A stretch of DNA of 23,495 nucleotides from an uncultured Acidobacteriota bacterium (GCA_963764715.1 CAVXTP010000019.1:1-23495); one strand, 5' to 3'. Shown: positions 9,211 to 17,201, counted from the first letter of the stretch. The notes: generated by a model not told the origin, from the sequence alone. Numbers and translations: made by a program.

Positions 9211-10185
9211 ATGGCGAAGAAGACCGCGACGAAATCCGCCCCCCGGGCCGTGGCGACGGCCGGGCGGGACGAAGCGCCGAAAGGCCAGGCCCGGCGGCTG
9301 CCCGACGTCAAGCCCGGCAAGTATGCCGACGGCCTCCCCCTCCACGAGGTCCAGTACCTCGAGAGCAAGATCATCCTGAGGCCGAACGGCTTCACCTCCC
9401 GCAAGAGTCTCGTGGATTTCGGCAAGCTGCTCCGGCGTCCGGCGCGTCAGGCGGGCGTCGGGCTCGAGCCCTGCGACATCGCCGACCAGCCGCTCCAGAT
9501 CCGCGAGGTGCTGTTCCTCGACACCGAGGACTTCCGTCTCTACAACAACGCCTTCATCCTGCGCCGCAGGGTCCCGTATTCGGAGGGGTTCCCGATCGGC
9601 GATCCCGAGATCGTCTTCAAGTTCCGCCATCCCGACGTCCAGAAGGCCGCGGAGACCGACGTGCGGCCGCAGATCTTCGGAGACTACCGGATCAAGTTCA
9701 AGGCGGAGGCCCTCCCGCTGAAGGACGGCCTCGGGGGGATGCGCCTCCTCTTCTCCCACAACGTGGAATTCGGGCTGAGCGCCATCCACGAGGGAGACGC
9801 CAACTCGATGGACACCCTCGTGAACCTGCTGCCGGTCCTGGGCTCGCTCAAGCGGACGCCCGGGGAGAAGATCGAGCTCGTCTGCGGGACCATCGTCGAA
9901 GAAGTCCTGCAGGACATCGCGGTCCTGGATTTCGGCAAGGGCATCACGGCCATGGCCAACGTCGCCCTCTGGCGGTCCCGCGGCGATCATCGGCCGCTCG
10001 TCGGGGAGTTCGCGTTCCAGATCAAGTTCAGGCGCCGCGAGGAGCTCAATGCGAAGGCTCTCAAGCGCGCCGAGACGTTCTTCCTGACGCTGCAGGACGA
10101 GGTCAGGGACTGGATCGCCCTCGGGGCGACGAAGACCGGCGTCGTCTATCGCCTGAAGGGGAACCCTCCCCGGGCGCACGAATGA
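9211..10185 (+). CDS. Hypothetical protein, possibly CYTH/triphosphate-tunnel-like
   Basis: 324 aa, GGGAG RBS. YLESKIIL (ExK), FLDTEDFRL, FILRRR, IVFKFR, GEFAF and a terminal TKT resemble the CYTH motif order; the family call is inference. Confidence 0.65.
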   Translation: MAKKTATKSAPRAVATAGRDEAPKGQARRLPDVKPGKYADGLPLHEVQYLESKIILRPNGFTSRKSLVDFGKLLRRPARQAGVGLEPCDIADQPLQIREVLFLDTEDFRLYNNAFILRRRVPYSEGFPIGDPEIVFKFRHPDVQKAAETDVRPQIFGDYRIKFKAEALPLKDGLGGMRLLFSHNVEFGLSAIHEGDANSMDTLVNLLPVLGSLKRTPGEKIELVCGTIVEEVLQDIAVLDFGKGITAMANVALWRSRGDHRPLVGEFAFQIKFRRREELNAKALKRAETFFLTLQDEVRDWIALGATKTGVVYRLKGNPPRAHE

Positions 10186-10220
10186 AATAAAATGAGGGGC
10201 CGGTCCCCCGGGGAATCGGA

Positions 10221-10236
10221 CGGCGCGAGTCTTGCA
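10221..10236 (+). promoter_or_regulatory. Putative sigma54 (-24/-12) promoter
   Basis: CGGCGCGAGTCTTGCA versus consensus TGGCACGnnnnTTGCW; GG-N10-GC spacing exact. Confidence 0.55.
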
Positions 10237-10314
10237 GAGGTCCCTGGCTCGAGTCAGGGGAAGGTTCAGTTGCTTGCCGCGGTCGGTTCCTGGAGCCCGC
10301 GGCGGGAGGTCCCG

Positions 10315-10500
10315 ATGCCGGTTTGCGAGGTCTGCAACAACGGCCAGGCCGTGATTTTCGAGATCGTGGTGGGCGGGAAGAGCCACCTCTTCGACAGTTT
10401 CGAGTGCGCGATCCACGCCCTCTGGCCGTCGGAAGCCGGGGGAAGCGGAGGCTCCGGGGCCGAAACTCCTCGCCCGGGCCCTCCCGACCGCGCGAGCTGA
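10315..10500 (+). CDS. Small Cys-motif (TRASH/metallothionein-like) protein, apparently C-terminally truncated
   Basis: GGAGGT RBS at 10305-10310; MPVCEVCNN...HLFDSFECAIHAL followed by a low-complexity Gly/Pro tail. Confidence 0.7.
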   Translation: MPVCEVCNNGQAVIFEIVVGGKSHLFDSFECAIHALWPSEAGGSGGSGAETPRPGPPDRAS

Positions 10501-10505
10501 GCCGG

Positions 10506-11000
10506 TCAGCCGGCGTACACCGTCCCCTCCTCGACGAAGCAGAGCGGGTTCTTCCACGGATCCTCGGCGTAGAAGGACCGCTCCCCCCAGGGACGAACGA
10601 CGATCCCTCCGCCCGGAGCGTCGTGAACGCTCTCGCGGGAGAGGCAGCCGAGGGTCTTCGCCCGCTCGAACGCCGCCTCGAGATTCCTGACCGTGAAGTA
10701 GAGCGCCTTGGCGGCCGGGTGCGGTGGGCCCGACGCGGACACGTCGAGCACCGAGAGGGTGACCGGTCCGCACCGGAAGTAGCACCGGGACCCCGCCTGT
10801 TTCCGTCCCGGCAAACCGAGAAGCCGCTCGTAGAACGTGGCCGCGGCGTCGAGCGAACCGACCTCGACGTTGAGCCGGAAGAACTGCGGGACGTCGCCGC
10901 GGGCTTGCCTCGTCGCCGGGCGCTTCGCCTTCGGGCGGGATCCGGGGGCCGGGCCCGCCTTCGTCGGCCGCTTCGTCGTCTTCTTCGTCTTCGCCGTCAT
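10506..11000 (-). CDS. VOC/glyoxalase family protein
   Basis: LDAAATFYERLLG, LYFTVRNLEA, RPWGERSFYAEDPWKNPLCF; AAGGAGG RBS. Confidence 0.9.
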   Translation of the reverse strand: MTAKTKKTTKRPTKAGPAPGSRPKAKRPATRQARGDVPQFFRLNVEVGSLDAAATFYERLLGLPGRKQAGSRCYFRCGPVTLSVLDVSASGPPHPAAKALYFTVRNLEAAFERAKTLGCLSRESVHDAPGGGIVVRPWGERSFYAEDPWKNPLCFVEEGTVYAG

Positions 11001-11022
11001 GCGCTTCCTCCTTCGTTCCTCG

Positions 11023-11358
11023 TCAAGGGTTGCGGGAGAACCAGGCCAGCCAATCCCGCGCCAGCTCGAGCCGATGGCGTTGGATGCGATAGATCCGCAG
11101 ACGTCCCCTCTTCTCGTGCACGAGCAGGCCGGCCGCCTCCAGGACCTGGAGGTGTCGTGTGGTGGTCTGCCAGGCGTGCGTGAAGACGGCGGCGATCCGG
11201 CCGGCGGTCATCGATCCGCCCTCGAAGTGCAGGGTCATCAGGATCCGCCGCCTCGCCGGGTGCGCGAGCGCGCCGAAGACCGCCTCGTATGCGTCGGCGC
11301 CGGGGCGCGCCGCGCGCCGGGAGGCGCCTGAACGAGCCGGCCGGCGGCGGAGGGCCAT
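11023..11358 (-). CDS. ArsR/SmtB-family winged-helix regulator
   Basis: VFGALAHPARRRIL, TTTRHLQVLEAAGLL, KRGRLRIY. Start at ATG 11358 (alternative 11367). Confidence 0.9.
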   Translation of the reverse strand: MALRRRPARSGASRRAARPGADAYEAVFGALAHPARRRILMTLHFEGGSMTAGRIAAVFTHAWQTTTRHLQVLEAAGLLVHEKRGRLRIYRIQRHRLELARDWLAWFSRNP

Positions 11359-11365
11359 CGATGAC

Positions 11366-11394
11366 ATTCAGCCATCTTGCTGAATATATGTCAA
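11366..11394 (-). promoter_or_regulatory. Promoter with overlapping palindromic operator (ArsR autoregulation)
   Basis: TTGACA at 11394-11389; perfect ATTCAGC-N6-GCTGAAT palindrome at 11366-11385 covers the spacer and -10 region. Confidence 0.7.
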
Positions 11395-11527
11395 CCCGCC
11401 GCGCCGCGGCCGGCGGCGGCCGAAACGCGAGGGAACCCGCGTTTTTGATCCGCTTGGATCAGGCGCACGGAGGCCGGGACGCCTATCGTGGGGCCGTCGG
11501 TCGATTCGACGGTCGAAAGGAGTTGCC

Positions 11528-11923
11528 ATGAAAGGGTTCGTCGACGACATCGAAGAAATCACCGAACACAACTCGGATTTCCGGCGCGTTCTCTACACGG
11601 GCAAGAATCTGCAGCTCGTTCTGATGGCCCTCGCCCCGGGCCAGGACATCGGCGAGGAGGTCCACCCGGACCGCGACCAGTTCTTCCGGGTCGAAGAGGG
11701 CAAGGGCGAGGTCTGGATCGACGGCCGGAAGACGATGATCGAGAGCGACACGGCGATCCTCGTCCCCGCCGGGGCGCGGCACAACGTCAAGAACACCGGC
11801 GAACGGCCGCTCAAGCTGTACACGCTGTACGGCCCTCCCGAGCACGCGGACGGCACGGTGCACGCCACCAAGGCCGATGCCCTGGCGGCCAGGGAGCACT
11901 TCGCCGGCAAGACGACCGAGTAG
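11528..11923 (+). CDS. Cupin domain protein
   Basis: IGEEVHPDRDQFFRVEEG and VPAGARHNVKNTG cupin motifs; AAAGGAG RBS. Confidence 0.92.
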   Translation: MKGFVDDIEEITEHNSDFRRVLYTGKNLQLVLMALAPGQDIGEEVHPDRDQFFRVEEGKGEVWIDGRKTMIESDTAILVPAGARHNVKNTGERPLKLYTLYGPPEHADGTVHATKADALAAREHFAGKTTE

Positions 11924-12163
11924 CGCGGGTTCCCGGGCACAGCCCCGCGGGAGGGTCGCGGTTCGGATCTCCCGTTCCGGTGGTGACTTAACGGCGGCGT
12001 CGGGCAATGCGATTGCCTCGGCCACCGTTGAGGCCCCTGCCGGCAGGGGGAGTGACCTCTGTCTGCACGGCGGAGGGCGCGGTGAATTCTGATGCAATTG
12101 GATCAACCCGCCCCGGCTCGAAGCCGCGAAGATCCCACCGGGGAATCTGAAGCGGGATATTCG

Positions 12164-13546
12164 ATGGTGTCCGGCCGAATGACGCTCTGCGCCGTGGCAG
12201 CCACCGTGGCCGTCTGGGGGATCTTGACCGACCCGGCCGCGCTCGCCCAGAACCCGCAGGCACTCTTCCCCCCGAACATCATACTTCCCAACAACTACAG
12301 CCTCCCGATCGGACAGATCGGCGGCCTCGAGGGAAACGCATACACGGCGCGCGCCGCCGACCCGACGGCGCTGTGGTTCAACCCGGCCGGAATCGCCGGC
12401 GCCAACGTCTCGACCGTCAGCGCGAGCACCGGCAGCTTCCGCGTCCTGACGGTCTCACCGCAACTGCTCGAGGGCAGCGGCCACTCGCTCGACCAGCTCC
12501 CGGCGGCGGTCGGCCTCGTCCAGAAGAAGCCCTTCCACTGGGAAGCGTGGACTCTCGGCGTCGCCATCGTCCGCACCGCGGCGTGGTCCCAGTCCACCGA
12601 TGGGGTCGTCAGCTCTCCCCTCCCGAGTCAGTACATCGCCCTGTCGGCCGATGCCTCGTTCAATCGGACGACGTTCGCCCTCACCCTGGGTCGCGAAGTC
12701 GGCAGGAAATGGCGCGTCGGCGGAGGCCTCCTGGTCGACGTCCTCAATCTTCGCAGCGTCCAGTCGCTCACCTTCCGCGACCAGACCGCGACGTATGTCC
12801 GGACGTTTCTCGACTCGTACCGCGCCACCGGAAGCCAGGTCGAACTGCGCCTCGGTCTTGGAGGCCAGATCGACCTCTCGAAGCACATCAAGTTCGGAGC
12901 GGTCCTCCGGACCCCGGGCGTCCGGGTGCTGTCGAGCGGCACCTTCACCATCGACGTCGTCGACCAGCAGGGGGCCGCGTCGCAACAGCTCTACTTCTTC
13001 GACTCCACGAACACTACATTCCGGTACAACCTGCCCCTCGAGGTTGGCGTTGGCGGCGCCTGGGTCTCGGACATCGGCGAGATCGAGCTGGACCTCCGGG
13101 CGCAGACCGGCCACTCTGTGTACGACGGCTTCGCCAGCACCAACAGGGTCGTTCACATCAGCGACCCCGGAGACGGGACTCCAGCCCAGCAGACGACGAC
13201 CCCCTTTCCCGGGATCCCCTTTGCGTCCCGCTCGATCGTCAGCGTGGCGTTGGGTGGTTTCATCAATCTGAGCAAGGACGGGCGCTGGAAGCTCCACTCC
13301 GGCTTTGCGACCGACCCCACGCCGGTCGGCAGCGACGACGGCTTCTTCGACCGGATCAGCATGAACAGCGTGACGCTCGGCATCGGCGGCTCCTCGAAGC
13401 ACATCTCCGGTTCGCTCGGCTTCAACTACCAGTGGGGGTACTCGGAGCAGCGGCTGGTTTCCGACATCGAGGGCAACGAGCTCACCCGGACGAGGGTCAA
13501 GGTCTCCACGATCGGGATCCTCTACTCGGTTTCGTACGTGTTTTGA
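12164..13546 (+). CDS. Outer-membrane beta-barrel protein, OmpP1/FadL-like
   Basis: Signal peptide, GNAYTARAADPTALWFNPAGI (FadL-type N-terminal NPA motif), amphipathic beta strands, C-terminal YVF. Start uncertain (12164 or 12179). Confidence 0.75.
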   Translation: MVSGRMTLCAVAATVAVWGILTDPAALAQNPQALFPPNIILPNNYSLPIGQIGGLEGNAYTARAADPTALWFNPAGIAGANVSTVSASTGSFRVLTVSPQLLEGSGHSLDQLPAAVGLVQKKPFHWEAWTLGVAIVRTAAWSQSTDGVVSSPLPSQYIALSADASFNRTTFALTLGREVGRKWRVGGGLLVDVLNLRSVQSLTFRDQTATYVRTFLDSYRATGSQVELRLGLGGQIDLSKHIKFGAVLRTPGVRVLSSGTFTIDVVDQQGAASQQLYFFDSTNTTFRYNLPLEVGVGGAWVSDIGEIELDLRAQTGHSVYDGFASTNRVVHISDPGDGTPAQQTTTPFPGIPFASRSIVSVALGGFINLSKDGRWKLHSGFATDPTPVGSDDGFFDRISMNSVTLGIGGSSKHISGSLGFNYQWGYSEQRLVSDIEGNELTRTRVKVSTIGILYSVSYVF

Positions 13547-13883
13547 GGCGGCAGCCCCGCCGTCGGTGGAGCCGGGCCACGCCGGGGAGGTTGTCCGTCA
13601 AACCGACCCCCGCCGGAACGCTCGTGTTTCGGATCCGGTGCGGTCGGCAAGGATCCGGCACGCGTCCGGGGCCGTCCGCCTCGGACGAGGCGCGGCCGGC
13701 CGCAACAATATCGCGTTACGATATACTTGACCTCGGCGGTTGACGGAATGCCCGCCACAACGACCCCGCCGAATGCGTTCCTCCGGGTCGTCTGAGAGCG
13801 CCGGAGGACCGCGCCGGGACAGAGGACGCGATTGAAGAGCCCGTCGAGGCGCCCGCAGCGTTGGTGGCGCTGAAACGCGAAAC

Positions 13884-14312
13884 ATGAGAGTTGCCATCAA
13901 TGGAACCGGAGTGGCGGGGCCGACGCTGGCCTACTGGCTCCGTCGGGCTGGTCACGAACCGGTTCTGTTCGAGAAGGCCCCGGCCCTGCGCACCGGAGGC
14001 TACCTCATCGACTTTTGGGGCCTGGGCTACGAGATCGCGGAACGCATGGGTCTCGTCCCGGCTTTGCGCGAATGCGGCTACGCGATGGAACGGATGCAGC
14101 TCGTCGACGCCGCCGGTCGCGAGGAGGCGGCTTTGGACCTGAGGCCGATGCGCGAGTTGCTTCAGGGTCGCTTCATCAGCGTCGCACGGTCCGACCTGGC
14201 GGCAGCGATCTTCGACGCCTGCCAGGGCATTCCCGCCCGCTTCGGCGTGTGCGTCTCGGCGCTCGAGGAAGGACACGACGACCTCGATCTGCCGCCATAT
14301 CTGGCCGTGTGA
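13884..14312 (+). pseudogene. Truncated FAD-dependent monooxygenase/oxidoreductase
   Basis: MRVAINGTGVAGPTLAYWL Rossmann motif and GGYLIDFWGLG, but only 142 aa and lacking the GADG and GDA motifs. Confidence 0.8.
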
Positions 14313-14671
14313 GCCGCGCCGAGCTGAATTCCACGGAGTTCGAAGGTCACGGTTCTCATCGGCGCCCCTGGCGGGCGGCGTCGCCTCGAGCCGCATTCAA
14401 GTGACCGCCGGCCGGCGGCCGGCGTTGCCTACCGCAGGGGATCTGCCTCTGGGGATTGGCTGAACCCGCCACGCCTCGCTACGCTCGAGTGACGGATCCG
14501 TCGGGCTTCACCGGCCGGGGCGCACGGCGTCCCCGCCCCTCCAAGGTAGACGATTCGATCCAACCGCTGCTCCCCGGCCGCGGAGGAGCCGCGATCGACA
14601 CGTTTCAACGATCCCCGGCATCCAATGCCACGAGTGCGGATGCGGACCGAGGGCATCCGCGCCGGGGGTTC

Positions 14672-15055
14672 ATGGATCTCAATCAGGTCACGGTGCCATG
14701 TGACGATCTGGCTCAGTCCGTCGAGTTCTACCGGCGGCTCGGGCTTCGCCTCATCGTCCACGATCCGCCGGACTACGCAAGGTTCGAGTGTCTGGTCGGA
14801 AACGCGACGTTCTCGTTGCACCGTGCGCCCTCTGCGGCCCGTTCCGACGGGACCGTGGTGTACTTCGAGCTCGACGACCTCGATGCCACCGTGACCCGGC
14901 TCGCCGCGGAAGGACTTCGGTTCGAGTCCGCGCCCCGGGATCAGTCCTGGTTGTGGCGCGAGGCGACCCTGCGCGACCCGGCGGGCAACCGGATCTGCCT
15001 CTTTCACGCCGGGAAGAACCGCCGCAATCCGCCGTGGCGGATTCGGGAGGCCTAA
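14672..15055 (+). CDS. VOC/glyoxalase family protein
   Basis: MDLNQVTVPCDDLAQSVEFYRRLGL...VYFELDDLD...WLWREATLRDPAGNRICL. Confidence 0.9.
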   Translation: MDLNQVTVPCDDLAQSVEFYRRLGLRLIVHDPPDYARFECLVGNATFSLHRAPSAARSDGTVVYFELDDLDATVTRLAAEGLRFESAPRDQSWLWREATLRDPAGNRICLFHAGKNRRNPPWRIREA

Positions 15056-15589
15056 ATGACCAGGACGGACCGCGACGCGCGGCGCAGGCTCTGGGCGCCT
15101 TTGCCGCTTCGGTTGGTGATCGGATACGGCTTCATGGCCCACGGCTGGGCCAAGCTCAGTCGCGGCCCGGCGGGATTCGCCCGGCTCCTCGGCCAGATCG
15201 GCGCGCCGCTGCCGACGTTGACGGCGTGGGGCGGGACGCTGCTCGAGCTTTTCGGCGGCGCGGCGATCTTCCTGGGGGCGTTCGTCGGAATCGTCGGCGT
15301 CCCGCTGATCGCGATGATGCTCGTCGCGATGTTCACCGTGCACGTGCGGTACGGCTTCAGCTCGATCAACACGATCGGGTTGACGCCTGACGGCCCCGTG
15401 TTCGGGCCGCCGGGCTACGAGGTCAATCTCCTCTACGTCGCGAGCCTGGTGGCGCTCATGGTGGGAGGCGCGGGCGCCTTTTCCATCGACCGGCTCCGGG
15501 TTCGCATGCGGGGCGGCGTCCCGGCGGGCCCGATCGCCAGGCCGCACGGCGTCCCCGACACGACGCTCACCGGCAGGAGGTTTCCGTGA
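15056..15589 (+). CDS. DoxX family membrane protein
   Basis: LRLVIGYGFMAHGWAKL, ELFGG, GYEVNLLY, GAGAFSID. Confidence 0.9.
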   Translation: MTRTDRDARRRLWAPLPLRLVIGYGFMAHGWAKLSRGPAGFARLLGQIGAPLPTLTAWGGTLLELFGGAAIFLGAFVGIVGVPLIAMMLVAMFTVHVRYGFSSINTIGLTPDGPVFGPPGYEVNLLYVASLVALMVGGAGAFSIDRLRVRMRGGVPAGPIARPHGVPDTTLTGRRFP

Positions 15590-16353
15590 GCCTGGATCGG
15601 CGGGTGCTGCTGGCGGGCGCGGGAGGCGCGGCGGCGGGCGCCCTCCTGTCGCCGTGGACGGGCGTGGCGGCGCCTCGACGGCCGTTGCGAGCCGTGGCGT
15701 TCGACGCCTTTCCGATCCTCGATCCCCGGCCCGTCTTCGTGCTCGCGGAGACGCTCTTTCCCGGAAAGGGGAATGCGCTGTCCGACGCCTGGCGCATCCG
15801 CCAGTTCGAATACCAGTGGCTGCGCGCCCTGACGGGACGTTACGCGGACTTCTGGAGGACCACGGAAGACGCGCTCGTCTTCGCGGCCGAGCTGTTGAAG
15901 CTCGAGCTGACGCCGGAAAGGCGCACCCGGCTCATGCAGGCGTACCTCGAGCTCGGGGCCTGGCCGGACGTGCGCCCTGCGCTCGAGACGCTCAAGGCGG
16001 AAGGCTTTCGGCTGGCGTTCCTGTCCAACATGACGGCGAGGCTGCTCGAGGCCGGAATGAAGAACGCCGGGCTGCAGGGCGCCTTCGACGAGGTCCTGAG
16101 CACCGACAAGATACGCTCCTACAAGCCCGAACCTCGCGCCTACCAGATGGGAGTCGACGCGTTGAGGCTCGCACGCGAGGAGATCCTTTTCGTGGCGTTT
16201 GCGGGGTGGGACGCCGCCGGGGCGAAGTCCTTCGGCTACCCCACGTTCTGGGTGAACAGGCTCGGCCTCCCCCCGGAGGAGCTGGGGCTGGCTCCGGATG
16301 CGTCGGGGCGCGATCTGACGGACCTCGTGAGTTACATCAGGGATCGCCATTGA
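15586..16353 (+). CDS. HAD hydrolase, haloacid dehalogenase type II-like, with Tat-like signal
   Basis: AFDAF motif I, WRIRQFEY, LSN, YKPEPRAY, WDAAGAKSFG; N-terminal DRRVLL plus hydrophobic stretch. Confidence 0.88.
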   Translation: MSLDRRVLLAGAGGAAAGALLSPWTGVAAPRRPLRAVAFDAFPILDPRPVFVLAETLFPGKGNALSDAWRIRQFEYQWLRALTGRYADFWRTTEDALVFAAELLKLELTPERRTRLMQAYLELGAWPDVRPALETLKAEGFRLAFLSNMTARLLEAGMKNAGLQGAFDEVLSTDKIRSYKPEPRAYQMGVDALRLAREEILFVAFAGWDAAGAKSFGYPTFWVNRLGLPPEELGLAPDASGRDLTDLVSYIRDRH

Positions 16354-16373
16354 CGCGCCAATCGTCAGGTGCC

Positions 16374-16817
16374 ATGCATCTCAGGGCCATCGAGTTCCAC
16401 GATGAATCTCGGTGCCGGGAGATCGAGTCGTTCCTGGCCGATCGCATCTACGAGTTCAACGTCGAGGCCACGGGCTACGTCGATGGAAAGCTCCTGGCCG
16501 GCACCATTCGGAGCGACACGGGTGAAGTCATCGCGGGCATCAATGGTCACACCTGGGGAGGCTGCTGCGAAATCGCTCATGTCTGGGTTCACGAGCGGCA
16601 TCGCGGGCGAGGCCTCGGCAAGGCACTCATGCTCGCCGCGGAATCGGAGGCTGAGAATCGGGGCTGCGAGCAGGTCGTTCTCCTGACGCACAGCTTTCAG
16701 GCGCCCCTGTTCTACGAGCGCCTCGGGTACGAGCGAAAGTACGCCATCGAAGGACGGCCCAGGGGCTACGCCGACATCGTCTACGTCAAGCGGCTCAGGG
16801 TGAGGAATGGCCGCTGA
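16374..16817 (+). CDS. GNAT family N-acetyltransferase
   Basis: VWVHERHRGRGLGKALM acetyl-CoA motif A, THSFQAPLFYERLGY. Confidence 0.9.
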   Translation: MHLRAIEFHDESRCREIESFLADRIYEFNVEATGYVDGKLLAGTIRSDTGEVIAGINGHTWGGCCEIAHVWVHERHRGRGLGKALMLAAESEAENRGCEQVVLLTHSFQAPLFYERLGYERKYAIEGRPRGYADIVYVKRLRVRNGR

Positions 16818-16902
16818 CGCTTTGCCGCGTGATGTGGGAAAAAGCTGATGGAGCGGAACATGATGACCGCCAGCCCTCGGCCGGACCGCCCGAAGGGGCC
16901 GA

Positions 16903-16931
16903 TTTACAGGCTTTTTCCGGCGTGCTATCTT
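16903..16931 (+). promoter_or_regulatory. Sigma70-type promoter of the tRNA gene
   Basis: TTTACA-17 nt-TATCTT with extended -10 TG, 16 nt before the tRNA. Confidence 0.7.
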
Positions 16932-16947
16932 CGCGCCTCTTCCGCGT

Positions 16948-17024
16948 GGGGCTGTAGCTCAGTTTGGGAGAGCGCCTGAATGGCATTCAGGAGGTCGACG
17001 GTTCGATCCCGTTCAGCTCCACCA
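16948..17024 (+). tRNA. tRNA-Ala (GGC)
   Basis: Acceptor stem GGGGCTG/CAGCTCC with G3:U70, anticodon stem CCTGA/TCAGG with GGC at 16982-16984, GGTTCGATCC T-arm, encoded CCA. Confidence 0.98.
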
Positions 17025-17077
17025 ATTCTTCTCACAACGCGGGTTCCCTAGCTCCTCTGCTTTTCGAAGCGACGGTT

Positions 17078-17097
17078 GGATCGAACCGTCGACCTCC
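17078..17097 (-). repeat. Inverted copy of tRNA-Ala variable loop/T-arm
   Basis: GGATCGAACCGTCGACCTCC is the exact reverse complement of 16990-17009. Confidence 0.9.
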
Positions 17098-17173
17098 GTG
17101 GGGGGTTCGGGGGGCGCCGTGCGCCCCCCGCCAGGGACGCCGACGGAAGCGTCACCCGAGCGAAGCGAGGCGT

Positions 17174-17201
17174 GACGGTTCGATCCCGTTCAGCTCCACC
17201 A
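17174..17201 (+). repeat. Direct repeat of tRNA-Ala 3' end (att-like / tRNA-linked repeat)
   Basis: GACGGTTCGATCCCGTTCAGCTCCACCA is identical to 16997-17024. Confidence 0.95.

Noticed and set aside
13740-13883. Riboswitch (glycine-like CTCTCAG on the minus strand)
   Set aside because: Only a short partial motif; the other conserved elements are missing and the gene context does not fit.
14672-16817. Integron cassette array (VOC, DoxX, HAD, GNAT)
   Set aside because: Genes abut or overlap, leaving no room for attC sites; no intI.
16997-17201. Prophage or genomic island bounded by attL/attR
   Set aside because: The repeats are only 177 bp apart, no integrase is present, and I saw no further tRNA 3' copy in the window; at most a remnant.
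16997-17201. CRISPR mini-array (28-bp repeat)
   Set aside because: The repeat is tRNA sequence, has only two copies with a 149-bp gap, and there are no cas genes.
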